Source: Heterodontus francisci (lineage: Eukaryota). From it: a stretch of 64,000 nt of DNA. Under the pieces are notes generated by a model that worked only from the letters and a program-made list of their open reading frames with translations, ran no database searches and was not told where the DNA came from. Made by a program: the position numbers and the translations under genes. The stretch spans positions 31,870,675-31,934,674 of the forward strand of contig NC_090387.1 of assembly GCF_036365525.1 (NCBI RefSeq). The letters are read 5' to 3'. Shown here piece by piece: positions 48,530 to 61,847 of this stretch; position 1 is the stretch's first letter, and each line of letters begins with the position of its first letter.

Positions 48530-50645
48530 GAAAGAAAAATTAGGAGAGACAATATAAACTAAATGGTACAATTTGAAAGAGGATGCAGGAAGAGAGACTT
48601 GGGGGTTCACATACACAAAACTTGCAGGTAACATGAACAAGTTGATATACGGGTGTATCATGCATATGGGTATCCTTTGGCTTTATAAATAGAGGCATGG
48701 AGTATAAAAGCAAGCAAGTGATGGTAAAGCTTTTTGAAATACTGTTTAGACCTCAGCTATTGTGCCAGTTTCTGGGCATCACAAATTAGTAAGGGTGTCA
48801 AGTATTTGGAGAGGATGAAGAGGAGACTTTACAGAATGGTATCAGTGATGAAATTCAGTTATGTGGAGAGACTGGAGAAGCTGGAATTGGTCTCCTTGCT
48901 GCAAAGAAGGTTGAGGAGAGATTTAATGGAGGTGCTCAAAATTGGATGGTTTGATAGAGCAAATAGGGAGGATTTGTTTCCGCTCGCTGAAGGGTAGAAA
49001 CGAGATGACACATGATAATTGGCAAAAAGCCAAGGGGAGGGGGGGAATGAGAACTTTATTTTATTCAGTGAGTTATTATGATCTGGAATGCATTGTCTGA
49101 AAGGGTGGCAGAAGCAGATTCAATACTAACTTTCAAAAGCGAAGTGAATTTATTCTTAAAGCGAAAAATTTGCAGGGCTATGGAGAAAGTCCCACTTCCC
49201 ATGCTCTAATTGGATAGCTCATAACATCAGCCTGAGGACAATTGGGAGTTAAACATTCCAGGCTATAGGATCTTTAGAAATGACGGGAAAATTGCAAAAG
49301 AAGGGGGATATCAATATTGATAAAATACACAGTTAACACAGTAGAAAGAAGGGTTTACAGTAAGAGTGATTGGACAGTTGAAACACTGAGTAGAGTTCAG
49401 GAACAGCAAAGGATGCAAAACTCTGGTCGGAGTGGTTTAGCGACCTCCTGATACTAATTATGTAGTTGGGGGGTGTATAACTACAGAAATCAGTAAAGTA
49501 TTTAGAAAAAACTGAAGATTGGGAGATTTAAATTTTTGCATCAACTGGGAGAAGCAGAACAGCTCAAATAGTAAAGGCAGTGAATTTCTAGAATGTATTC
49601 GGGATAATCTTCTGGAACAATATGATTTAGAACTGATGAGGGAATCAGCTATTACTGGATTTAGCGATGAGCAACAATCCAGAATTAGTTAACAATCTGA
49701 AGTTAAAGGATCGTCTTGCAAATTGTGACCATAATATAATTGAATTTGATACTAGCTTTGAAAGAGTCACAAACCGAAGCTGAAATGAATGAATGGATAA
49801 AGAATTGAATATCCAAGTTTGCATCTGACGGTACATTAAGAGGCACCGTGAGTTGTGTGGATGGGAGCATAAAGTTTCAAAGGGCTGTGAACAGATTTAG
49901 TGAGTGCAAAACTATAGCAGATGGAGTTCAATGTGAGATCACCCACTTTGGATCTAAGAAAAACAAACTAATATTTTCATAATGATGAGAGAGTAGGGGC
50001 TGTGAAGAAGTAAAGGAATTTAGCTATCCATGTAGACAAATGGTTAAAAGCTAGTGCACAGATACAAAAGGTAATCAAAAAGTTTAATGGAATGTTGGCT
50101 TTTCTCTTAAGAGGTTGGAATTTAGAAGCGATTCTTCAGTTGTACAGGGCCTTGGCCAGACCCATCTGGAGTACTGTGTTCCAGTTTGAGCGCTGAACCT
50201 CAGGAAAATAATATGGAACTTGGAAGGGATTCAGCATAGAGGCACCAATGTTGAAAGGGTTAAATTCTGAGAACAGGTTGCATGGACTTGGCTTGTATTC
50301 TCTCAAGTTTAGAAAGTTGAGGGATGATCGAATCAAGATATTTAAAATGATTAAGCGATTCAGTATGTTAGTATTACCTCTGGTGGAGAGGATTTAAAAC
50401 TTAGAAGTTAGCAGTGAAATCAGGAAGCACTTTTTTTCTCACAAAAGGTAGTGGAAATCTGGAACTCACTCGCCCAATAGGCTGTTGATGCTGGATCAAT
50501 TGAGTTTTGTGATAAATAGGTTTTTCTTGGGTAAGGCTATCCAGGGATATGAATCAATGGTGGGTAAATGGAGTTGATGTGCAGATCATTTATGAGGGGA
50601 GCAGGCTTGAGGAGTTGAATGGCTTCCTCCTGTTCCTATGCTTTT
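48530..50645 (+). mobile_element. Old CR1 fragments (at least two)
   Basis: Decayed RT 3' ends (RRLRRDLMEV; RPHLEYC) and APE remnants. Confidence 0.8.
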
Positions 50646-51049
50646 AATTCTTTGGGAGTAAGAATTAATGCAGTGCTGAATGGATTACCTTGAGTCAGTC
50701 ATTTAAGGCATAGAAGGAGGCCATTGGGACCACCAAGTCCATGCTGGCTCTCCGTGGAGCAATACAGTCAGTCTCACTCCCTCGCTTGATCCCCGTAGCT
50801 CTGCAAATTTATTTCCTTCAAGCGCCCATCCAATTTCCTTTTGAAATTATTGATTGTTTCCACTTCTACCACCCTTGTGGACTGTGAATTCCAAGTCATT
50901 AGCGTGCTGAGTAAAGAAAGTTCTTCCTCACATTTCCCCCTGCAACTCTTGCCCAAAACCTTAAATCTGTGCCCCCTAGTCCTTGTATATATTAGTTAAT
51001 GGGAACAGTGTTTCCTTGTCTAACTTATCTAAGCCTGTCATAATCTTGT

Positions 51050-52131
51050 CTTCTTCTTTGGCCTCCTTATCTCGAGAGACAATGGATAAGTGCCTGGAGG
51101 TGGTCAGTGGTTTGTGAAGCAGCGCCTGGAGTGGCTATAAAGGCCAATTCTAGAGTGACAGGCTCTTCCACAGGTGCTGCAGAGAAATGTGTTTGTCGGG
51201 GCTGTTACACAGTTGGCTCTCCCTTTGCACCTCTGTCTTTTTTCCTGCCAACTGCTAAGTCTCTTTGACTCGCCACACTTTAGCCCCGCCTTTATGGCTG
51301 CCTGCCAGCTCTGGCGGACGCTGGCAACTGACTCCCACGACTTGTGATCAATATCACAGGATTTCATGTCGCGTTTGCAGACGTCTTTAAAGCGGAGACA
51401 TGGACGGCCGGTGGGTCTGATACCAGTGGTGAGCTCGCTGTACAATGTGTCTTTGGGGATCCTGTTTTCTTCCATGCGGCTCACATGGCCAAGCCATCTC
51501 AAGCGCCGCTGACTCAGTAGTGTGTATAAGCTGGGGATGTTGGCCGCCTCGAGGACTTCTGTGTTGGAGATACGGTCCTGCCACCTGATGCCAAGTATTC
51601 TCCGGAGGCAGCGAAGATGGAATGAATTGAGATGTCGCTCTTGGCTGACATACGTTGTCCAGGCCTCGCTGCCATATAGCAAGGTACTGAGGACACAGGC
51701 TTGATACACTCGGACTTTTGTGTTGCGTGTCAGTGCGCCATTTTCCCACACTCTCTTGACCAGACTGGACATAGCAGTGGAAACCTTTCCCATGCGCTTG
51801 TTGATTTCTGCATCTAGAGACAGGTTACTGGTGATAGTTGAGCCTAGGTAGGTGAACTCTTGAACCACTTCCAGAGCGTGGTCGCCAATATTGATGGATG
51901 GAGCATTTCTGACGTCCTGCCCCATGATGTTCGTTTTCTTGAGGCTGATGGTAAGGCCAAATTCATTGCAGGCAGCCACAAACCTGTCGATGAGACTCTG
52001 CAGGCACTCTTCAGTGTGAGATGTTAAAGCAGCATCGTCAGCAAAGAGGAGTTCCCTGATGAGGACTTTCCGTACTTTGGACTTCGCTCTTAGACGGGCA
52101 AGGTTGAACAACCTGCCCCCTGATCTTGTGT
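51050..52131 (-). mobile_element. 5'-truncated RTE LINE, uninterrupted 335-aa ORF
   Basis: ORF 51104..52111 LLFADDAAL, YLGS, RRLRWLGH, CSTCGRAC; (GAA)n tail; near-identical to 3676-4895. Confidence 0.93.
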
Positions 52132-52969
52132 GTACACCTCTATTAAATCTCCTCTCAATCTCATTTGTTCTAAGGAGAACAAACCCAGCTTTTCCAACCT
52201 AACCTTGTAACTAAAATTCCCCCATCCTTGGAACCATTCTGGTAAATCTCCTCTGCACCTTCTCAAGGACACTCAGAACCTTCCTAAAGTGTGGTGACCA
52301 GAACTAGATGCAATACTCGAACCAGAGCTTTATAAAGGTTCAATTTAACCTCCCTGCTTTTGTTCTCTATGCCTCTGTTTCTGAAGCCCAAGATCCCATA
52401 TGCTTTGCTAACCATACTCTCAGTATGTCCTGCCACCTTCAAAAATCTATGCACCCCCAGGTCCCTCTGTTCCTGCACACTCTTTAAAACTGCGCCAATA
52501 AGTCTTTATTGCCTCACCCTATCCTTTCTGCCAAAGTGTATCACCTCACACATGTCAGGATTAAATTTCATCTGCCACTTGTCTGCCCATTCTACTAGCC
52601 TATCTATATCCTGTTACAGCCGCTTCATATCATCCTCACTGTTTGCCACTCCTCCAAGTTTCATATCATGGGCAAATTTAAAATTCTACTCTGTGTATAC
52701 CAAGATCCAAGTCATTTATATATAGCAAAAAAAGCAGTGGTCCTGACACTGATCCTTGCAGAACACCATTGTCTATCATCCTCAAGTCTGAAAAACAACC
52801 ATTTTCCACGATTAGCTGTTTTCAGTTCTTGAGCCAATTTTTTTTATCCAATTGAACACTGACCATTCAGTAGATTAGTCAAGCACAATCTGCCTTTTAC
52901 AAATCCATGCTGGCTATCCTTAATCAACTCAAACCTCTCCAAGTGCCTGTTTTTTTCCCCCAGATTATT

Positions 52970-53586
52970 GGCTGGAATTTTAAATTTGTGCCTCTGCCGC
53001 AAATTTGCGTGGGGCGGTGGTGGCAAGAAATGGCCCTTCTGCCCCATCGCCACAGGAATTTTACGGTTGGCAGGCGGGCGGCCAAGGCCTCAAAGCCATC
53101 TTATAAAAGTAGGCGGCTTTCTGACAGCCTGGGGGGCGGGGTCCTCCTGATTTGGACACCCTGTGCCTGATGGAAGGCCGCCCCCGATGCCCCAACCGCC
53201 CCTAATGCCCAACAAGACCCCCGCCCACCCAAACCGACCCCTCTTACCTCGCCGAGGCTGACCGATAGCCCCCGGCGAGGCCCCAAAAACTTACCAGTTT
53301 CCCGGTGCTCCCCAACATCTTCATTCTTGAGCTGGGTTGCAGTCCCAGCAGTGGCCACCGCTCCCAGTGGCACTGCTGGGACTAAGAGCTGCCGGCCTGC
53401 CAATTGTCTGGCAGCTTCATTAGGTGAGACTTCCTGCCTCAATGAGGTGCAAGTCCCACCTAAGACTAATTAAGGGCTTGGGGACTGTAAAATCTAGTCT
53501 GGATCCCCAGGCCTGGCAGAGGCAGTATCGCCACCGACCTTTCAGTCGGTGGAAGGCTCCCCTCCACCCACTGCAAAATTCCAGCC
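52970..53586. mobile_element. Harbinger-type MITE
   Basis: Perfect 12-bp TIR GGCTGGAATTTT / AAAATTCCAGCC; 3-bp TSD ATT. Confidence 0.88.
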
Positions 53587-54624
53587 ATTGTTTCTAAAGC
53601 CTTGCCCACCATTGATATTAAACTAACTGGCCTGTAATTGCTCTGACAGTCCTTACACACTTTCTTGAATAGGGTGTCAAATTTGCCACTTACACTCCTC
53701 TGGCCCCCATATATCGGGAAGATTACAGCAAGCTTTTCCGCTTGCTAAGCCGTTCCGCTATCTCCACCTCCACTTCCTTTAGCAGCCTGAGATGCAAGCC
53801 ACCTGGACCAGGTGAATTTTTAACTACACGAAGCATAGCCAGCATTTCCAGTACTTCCTCACTCTAAATCTTTAACCTATCCATTGCCTCTACTCTCTCC
53901 ATTTCCACCGATATTTTGTCAGATTCCTCTTCCTTAGTAAACACCGATACAAAGCACTCATTAAGTATTCTAGCCTTGGCCTGTGCCTCTGAGCATATAT
54001 TACTCTCTTTGTCCCTAAAAGACTTCATTCCACCTCTCACTACCTGCTTACTATTTACATGCTGGTAGAAGATTTTTGGGTTCCCTTTTCCATTGACTGC
54101 CATTCTATTCTCACATTCTCTCTTTGTTAGTCTTATTTTCCTCTTCACCTCCCCTCTCAACTTATTGTATTTTGGCCTGTTTCTCATTTTGAAGAATTCA
54201 CCTGGCATGCAACATATGCCCTCTTTTTTTTTTGTGAGTTTCATAATCATATTTGCTCACAAATCAGTTTGGTTGTCATTGACTACTATATAATAATTGA
54301 AATTCACCAACTCATGCACAAAAAGACTAATCTTTCCAAATTTGCACACTGATACAGGTTGCTCTATCAAATCCTGCTGGCTACTTAATGCTGAGTATTC
54401 AGTATTGCTGTTTCAATTTTAAATATGAACAAAATTGATATTCTATTTGTTATCTAGACTGGAAATTCTGTTGCAAAAAATGATTTTTATTTTCTTCATT
54501 CAGTGTAGCTCCCATTTTTTATTGATTTATATTTTAATTTGTGGGATTTGAGAGTTGAAGTGTGATATGTGTGCTTTGTGAGTTAAGTTTATTTTGAAGC
54601 ACGTTGTCACTCTATCTTTTCCAG

Positions 54625-54718
54625 GTCGTGTCCATGCTAAGCGAACCTCTGGTGCCAAACTAATTTTCTATGACCTCCGTGGTGAAGGAGCCAAACTACA
54701 AGTTATGGCTAATTCCAA
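54625..54718 (+). CDS. KARS1: Lysyl-tRNA synthetase exon 5 (OB-fold anticodon-binding domain)
   Basis: CCAG| [31 protein letters not shown] |GTAAGT; 94 nt. Confidence 0.97.
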
Positions 54719-55024
54719 GTAAGTTAGGTTGCACAGATGCTATTTATAAGGGGAAATTGAGCCTTCTGATTTATCTAGATTTAATTTTTATGTACATGAG
54801 TTATTCAATGTAAGAGTAAGACTTTCCCATTTTTGCCTAAACAAATTTGTTCCAAGTACGAGTATATTCCCATTGACTTTAATGAGAGTTAATTTCCAGA
54901 TTGGAGCAAGCTATTCTCTGCAATAGATCTAAAAACACAAACCAGTGACAGGAAAGTTTGATTTTTATCTGAGTGATGAGGACGGTTACAGGCCTACTAA
55001 CTCTGAAAGACTTCTTATACTCTG

Positions 55025-55990
55025 CACCATAACTTCCTTGCTTTTGTATTCCATGCTTCTATCTTTAAAGCTTGGGATCCTGTATGCCTTATTAACTGCT
55101 CTCAACCTGTCCTGCAATCTTCAATGATTTGTGCTCATATACTACCAGGTTCCTGCACCTCCTTTAGAATTGTACCCTTTATTTTATATTACATCTCCTA
55201 CCAAAAATATATCACTTCACAGTTCTTTGCATTAAATTTCATCTGCCACATGTCCATCCGTTCCACCAGCCTGTCTATGTCCTCTTGAAGTCTATCACTA
55301 TCCTCCTCACAGTTCACCAAACTTCCAAGTTTTGTTTCATCTCCAAATTTTGAAATTATGCCCTACACACACAAGTCTAGGTCATTAATATAGATCAAGA
55401 AAAGTAGTGGTCCTAGTACTAATCCCTGGGGAACTTCACTGTATACTTTTCTTTAGTCGCAAAAGCAACTGTTCACAACTACTCCCTCTTTCCTTTAACT
55501 CAGTCAACTTTCTATCCATGCTGCCACATTCCCTTTCATTCCATAGGCTTAACTTTGCTGGCAAGCCTATTTATGTGGCATTTATCAGATGCCACATGGG
55601 GGTCCATGTACACCAAATCAACCACTTACCCTCAGCAACCCTCTCTGTTACCTCATCAAAAAAACTCAATCAAACTTGTTAAACACGATTTGTCCTTAAC
55701 AAATCCGTGCTGACATTCCTTAATTAATCCACATTTCTTCAAGTGATAATTTTGTCCCGGATTATCTAGAAGTTTTCCCACCACCTAGATTAAACTGGCT
55801 GGCCGGTAGTTGCACGGTTATCCAGACACCTTTTTTGAACAAGTGTGTAACATTTGCAATTCTACAGTCTTCTGGCATCACTTCTGCATCAAAGGAGGAT
55901 TGGAGGGTTATGGCCAGCGCCTTCACAATTTCCACCCTTCCTTCCCTTTGTATCCTTGGATGCATCTGATCTGATCCTGGTGACTTATCA
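55025..55990 (-). mobile_element. CR1 RT fragment
   Basis: DKSPGSDQMHPR, ANVTHLFKKG on the minus strand. Confidence 0.8.
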
Positions 55991-55994
55991 ATAA

Positions 55995-57145
55995 TTGGCA
56001 AATGAAGTTCAACACAGATAAATGTGATATAGTACATTTTGGTAGGAAGAATAGGGATGTCACCTATTACTTGGAAGGCACGAGTCTAGGTACGGTAGAG
56101 GAACAAAGGGTAGAAATATACCAATCACTAAAAGTTGCGCCACAGGCTAGCAAGGCCATAAAAGAAAAAACAAGCACTAAGCTTTATTTCAAGAGGGATA
56201 CAATTGAAAAGTAGGAAAGTTATGCTAAACCTGTATCGAACCTTGGTTAGACCACATTTAGAGTACTGTGTGCAGTTCTTTTTGCCATGTTATGAGAAGG
56301 ATATAGAGGCACTGGAGAGGGTGCAGAGAAGATTTACAAGGATGATGCTAGAGATGTGGGGGTTTACAAATCGGGAAAGGATGAACAGGCTGGGTCTCTG
56401 GTCTCTTTTCTCTTGAAAAAAAGAAGGCTGAGGGGTAACCCAATAGAGGTCTTTAAAATTATGAAAGCTTTTGATAGAATAGATATAGAGAGAATGTTTC
56501 CACTTGTTGGGAAGAACGTAACTAGAGGCCATCAAATAAGATAGTGGCGCAGTGGTTAGCACCGCAGCCTCACAGCTCCAGCGACCCGGGTTCAGTTCTG
56601 GGTACTGCCTGTGCGGAGTTTGCAAGTTCTCCCTGTGACCGCATGGGTTTCCGCCGGGTGCTCCGGTTTCCTTCCACAGCCAGAAAATTGCAGGTTTATA
56701 GGTAAATTGGCCATTGTAAATTGCCCCTAATGTAGGTAGGTGGTAGGAGAAAGGTGTGGATGTGGTAGGGAATATGGGGTTAATGTAAGAATAGTATAAA
56801 TGGGTGGTTGTTGGTCGGCACAGACTCGGTGGGCTGAAGGGCCTGTTTCAGTGCTGTATCTCTAAAATAAATAAATCCTAAAGGGAATTTAGAAGAAACT
56901 TATATGGGTAAAGAGTGGTACGAATGTGAAACTTACTGCCACAGGGAGTGGTTGAAACGAAATATAATGGATGCTTTTAAGGGGAAGCTAGACAAGCATG
57001 TGAGGGAGAAGGGAATAGAGGGTTACGATGATAGATTAAGATGAGGAAAGATGGGAGGAGGCTTGAGTGGACCATAAATGTCGGTATAGACTGGTTGGGC
57101 TGAATGGCCTGTCTCTGCCATATATCCTGTGTGATCCTATGTAAG
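55995..57145 (+). mobile_element. CR1 3' fragment interrupted by a V-SINE
   Basis: MKFNTDKC, RPHLEYCVQF, ERVQRRFTRM; CR1 3' UTR at 57080-57145. Confidence 0.85.
56543..56875 (+). mobile_element. V-SINE (HE1-like)
   Basis: AGTGGCGCAGTGGTTAGC..GGTTCAGTTC..TGTATCTCTAAAATAAATAAA. Confidence 0.9.
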
Positions 57146-57324
57146 ACTTTGGCAGCAGTTTCTTCTTTGGTAATGACAGATACAAAATAGTCATTTGCTA
57201 CCTCAGCCATGCCTCCTGCCTCCATGTGTGGATCCTGTTTTTGGTCCTACTTCTCCTTTTTACCATACTTTTACTATTTATATGCCTAACTTTTATATTT
57301 GCTGCCAGTGTCTTCTCAAATTCT

Positions 57325-58468
57325 GGGCTGAATTTTACCAGCCGCTTGACGTCAGGGGTCGTGGTGGAGGTGCCCATTAAATACTTGTGGGAGCAGCCCA
57401 TTACGACCCTGACGCCAAGAAGGCCCTGCTGCGTTTTACCAATGGTGGCGAGGCCTCGGTGCGGCCCCCCGCCTCTTGGCAGCAGGGCCTTCATTAACAT
57501 ATTGTAATGAATACAGATACATGGTAAACAACTTACCTAGAATGGGCAGCTGTCCCACGGCGATATTCCGGTCTGTGGCCAGAAGTCCTACGCCTTCTGA
57601 TCCCTGTTTGGGGATTCAAGGCGAGACACTGGTGGGGAGGTGTGAGATGTTTAATTTTCAGGCTGGGGGTGGGGGCGGAGGTGAGCAGGAAAAACACTTT
57701 ATTGGCTGTGGGGATGGTGGGAAGGGGTTGAAGGACAAAAGTGACGAGGTTGGTGGGGGTGTTCGGGTTGGTTTAAAAAAAAGTAAATTGTTTACATATT
57801 TAGTTTAGTTTCGTTTAGAGATACAGCACTGAAACAGGCCCTTCGGCCCACCGAGTCTGTGCCGACCATCAACCACCTATTTATACTAATCCTACGCTAA
57901 TTCCATATTCCTACCACATCCCCACCTGTCCCTATATTTCCCTACCACCTACCTATACTAGGGGCAATTGCTAATGGCCAATTTACCTATCAACCTGCAA
58001 GTCTTTGGCATGTGGGAGGAAACCGGAGCACCCGGAGGAAACCCACGCAGACACAGGGAGAACTTGCAAACTCCATACAAGCAGTACTCAGAATTGAACC
58101 TGGGTCGCTGGAGCTGTGAGGCTGCGGTGCTAACCACTGCGCCACTGCCAATTTTTAAAAAAATTGGGGCGATTGGTAAATGTCCTCCAGCTTTTAATTT
58201 ATTCTTTAAGTGAAAATGCACGATAATATGACTTTAAAAATTTAATTTGTGCCTAAGGACTTGAAACCCTTTTAAAAATGGCACCAGACGACATTATGGG
58301 GACGGAGCGGCCGTCCCCTCTGCGTAATCGGGGGCAGCCGCTCCGCCCCTCCATTTAAATGAGCTATGTGAAATATTACAGGGGCTCAGTGATGGCGCTT
58401 TCAGTGTCTGAAGGCCGCTGACTTCGTAGTGCTGCCGCGATGTGCAGCGCGCTAATAAAATACAGCCC
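57325..58468. mobile_element. Harbinger-type MITE inside a minus-strand CR1 remnant (57146-58770), with a nested SINE
   Basis: TIR GGGCTGAATTTTA / TAAAATACAGCCC (12/13); 3-bp TSD TCT. Confidence 0.85.
57799..58147 (-). mobile_element. V-SINE (HE1-like)
   Basis: Same family; tail here is (CTAAA)n-like. Confidence 0.9.
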
Positions 58469-59150
58469 TCTGTCTCTGCTTCTCTTATTTCTTCTTTCAT
58501 TTCCTCTCTGAACTTTCTATATTCAGCCTGGTTCTCACTTGTATTATCGACCTGACATCTGCCATACACATCTTTTTTCTGCTTCATCTTGCTCTCTATC
58601 TCCTGTGTCTTCCAGGGAGCTCTATTCTACCTCTATGTGTAATGTACCTCTGTTGTTTCTTGGCTCTAACCAAATAGATTCTGTCCTTGACCTTTCTAGG
58701 ATATCTCTTTGCAGCACTGTAAAATTCTCCTTAATCAAATCTGCCACCCCTCTTCCTTTCTGTTTGTATTAAGCCGATGAGACATCATAATGTTGATAAA
58801 TGGTAAAATGTTGAGTGAACAGATATTTTCTAATAGTCCTTCAGTTTAAGTTGCAAAATACTGCAACTGGGATTGTGTTTTACATTTGTTCGTTTGCTTT
58901 TGAAACTTAAAATTTCTAGAATTTTCATCTTAAAGCATTTTTTATTTTGCTTTTCTTCATACCACCACCATAAATAGTTAAACATACTAAGGGTGTGTCA
59001 AATTGAAGCTTGTCAGTTTAACTGCATCTTCTGTTAGTGCCATGTATCTTGAGAGTGCTATTTAATGCTTGCTGTAGAAGTCAGGAAAATTTTATGGAAA
59101 ACTAGATTAATTTTTTTTGAGTACCATTTCATGTTGAGCCTTTTTTGTAA

Positions 59151-59387
<237 letters not shown>

Positions 59388-60747
59388 TGAAAATGACTTC
59401 ATGGTGTTAAAGTCAAACAATCTATAAATCACACCGTGTGAGGAAGACCAATGAATTCTACTTGAATTTCCTTTTGATGAAATAGTGAAAGCTAATTCAA
59501 AAAATGTAAGTATAATCCAAAGCCAAAATCTGTGTTTCTTGTTTTTGGTCATGTTTAAGTTAGAATTATCAAATCTACAGCATTCAAATTTGCTCACTTA
59601 ATATTTGTCTGAAATCTCTGAAGCTCAACCTGTTGTTTTCATAATTGCATACAAAATTTCAAAAGTTATTCCAAGATTAAATAAATCTAGCAGGCTGCAT
59701 GTGTATTAGCACTATTTCACTGACTATGATGAATTACATTTGTGCGCTTGATCAAAATGCTTACTGCAGTATACTAATGCCTATACTGCTTGTCAATAAT
59801 GAATCTTTCACTTCTTGAAAGAGCATGTAACTCATTTTTATTCTGTTTTAGCACTGCATTTCTGTTAGTCTCCACTCAACATGCACAATTTCGTAGTTGA
59901 GGCTTTTCATTAGATCTTTCACTTTTTAACGTTTTGATTTTTACAAGTCATGGTGTTGCTCATTATTATTTAGTAAAAGCTAATGTGTTGGAAGAACTGC
60001 ATCAGAAATTGGTTCTGTCTTAAGATCTTAAAAGAAGTGCTGAGCCTCCACCTGCTGAGATATAGCCTCCTATACCCAGAATGTTGAGATTTCCTGCTCT
60101 TTGCATTCTATCCCTCCATTCCAGTGACTACCACTGTCTGACATTGAACCCTGCTTAAAAAAGGTATATCTTCAATATGCCTAGAACATAATTCTTCTTT
60201 CCAGTCTGTTTCCTCCCTTCAATTGCTGTCTGAAGAAGATTCAGGGACATCTGATTCCATTGGGGTTAAGACTTGATCTGCCCTTTTCACTAAGACAAAA
60301 AGAAACCGATAAATGATACTGCCTGAAGTCATCCACCTGCAGGTCAATCCCAGGATGATAAAATGCATGGAATGGATACCAAATTCTGATGAACTGCTTA
60401 GTGCAATAACAGCCATGTATGATTACTGTTTCTTTTACTAGATTTAACTTCACTGATGCTTCATGTTCTAGTAGTGGTGAGCTCTCAAGCTTATTCAGTT
60501 TATAGAAAATACCAAATGAATTCAAGGGAGGGAAATCAGCTCATTGTCACACTTTGTGCAGCTTTGAGCATTCAGTAATAGTACATTTTCAAATGTCTGG
60601 AAAGAAGCTACCTATCCAGCTTCTTGGACAGTGGAAAACTGACTTTTTTTTTTAAAAGTGTCTGTATGTGTATATTTTGGGGTGCTTTTTTCTTTTCCGT
60701 GGCTTTTTTATTTTTTTGTAATCTGTTTATTCTTTAACTTCTGACAG

Positions 60748-60873
60748 GAAACTAGATTTCGTCAGAGGTATTTGGATCTGATTTTAAATGATTATGTGAG
60801 GCAGAAATTCATCAACAGGGCCAAAATCATCACCTATCTACGAACATTTTTAGATAATCTGGGATTTCTTGAG
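60748..60873 (+). CDS. KARS1: Lysyl-tRNA synthetase exon 7
   Basis: ACAG| [23 protein letters not shown] |GCAAGT (GC donor); 126 nt. Confidence 0.95.
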
Positions 60874-61264
60874 GCAAGTTTCTTTGCATCATTTTTATAA
60901 ATATATCATATTATTGAATAGCATATATTTTGATTTTCTTTTTAGGCGAGAGTGACTGTGGAAATTTTTTACTATTTATAGTAATTGTATCTCTGGTTAG
61001 TGCATTTTATCCAGTGCCTCAAAATTCTAAGCCAGTGAGTTGGAATGAGAATATTTATAAACTCCTTTAAAGGACCTTGGTTCATCTTTTGATCTTCAGT
61101 TCTACATAGACCTGATTCAGTGCGTTAAGAGCTTCAGCAGACTTGATGAATACTTTAATATATCCTACTGTTATTACTGAATGTTTACTGTGATATATAT
61201 TTTTTCTAAAGTGGTATGTGAACATTATATCAATTAAATGTAGTTTTAAACAATCTTTGTGTAA

Positions 61265-61495
<231 letters not shown>

Positions 61496-61499
61496 TGAA

Positions 61500-61845
61500 A
61501 GATGAATGGGAATTTATAGAGCATCTTTCATGTTCTTGCGCTGTCCCAAAGCATTTCATAGCTGATACAACTGCAACTACATTGCAAACATGTTTTAACG
61601 TAGGGAAACGTTGCAGCCAGTATTCACACAGCAAAGTCTCCACAAACAGCATTTGGACAAATAACCAGATAAGTGATGTTGGTTGAGAGATGAATGTTGG
61701 CTAGTACACCAGGAAAACTCTCCTGTTCTCAGTATGATGCTATGGGATCTTTTACGTGATCAAAGACTTCGTCTTTCAGATGAGACATTTGAATGAAGAT
61801 GTAGTGCTTCCTTGGGGCTGAAGTGTGAACTTAGATTATGTTTCT
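61500..61845 (-). mobile_element. Old Deu-domain SINE
   Basis: Reverse-complement similarity to 26290-26640. Confidence 0.55.
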
Positions 61846-61847
61846 TA

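Larger units (their letters stand above)
50705..54250 (-). mobile_element. CR1 LINE split by an RTE (51050-52131) and a MITE (52970-53586)
   Basis: KLGLFSLEQ..RGDLIEVY, QRDLGV, SQHGFVKGR, NYRPVSL, NPKIFY on the minus strand. Confidence 0.88.

Noticed and set aside
54973-55006. C/D snoRNA-like GTGATGA..CTGA in a KARS1 intron
   Set aside because: Too short, no terminal stem and no recognisable guide sequence.
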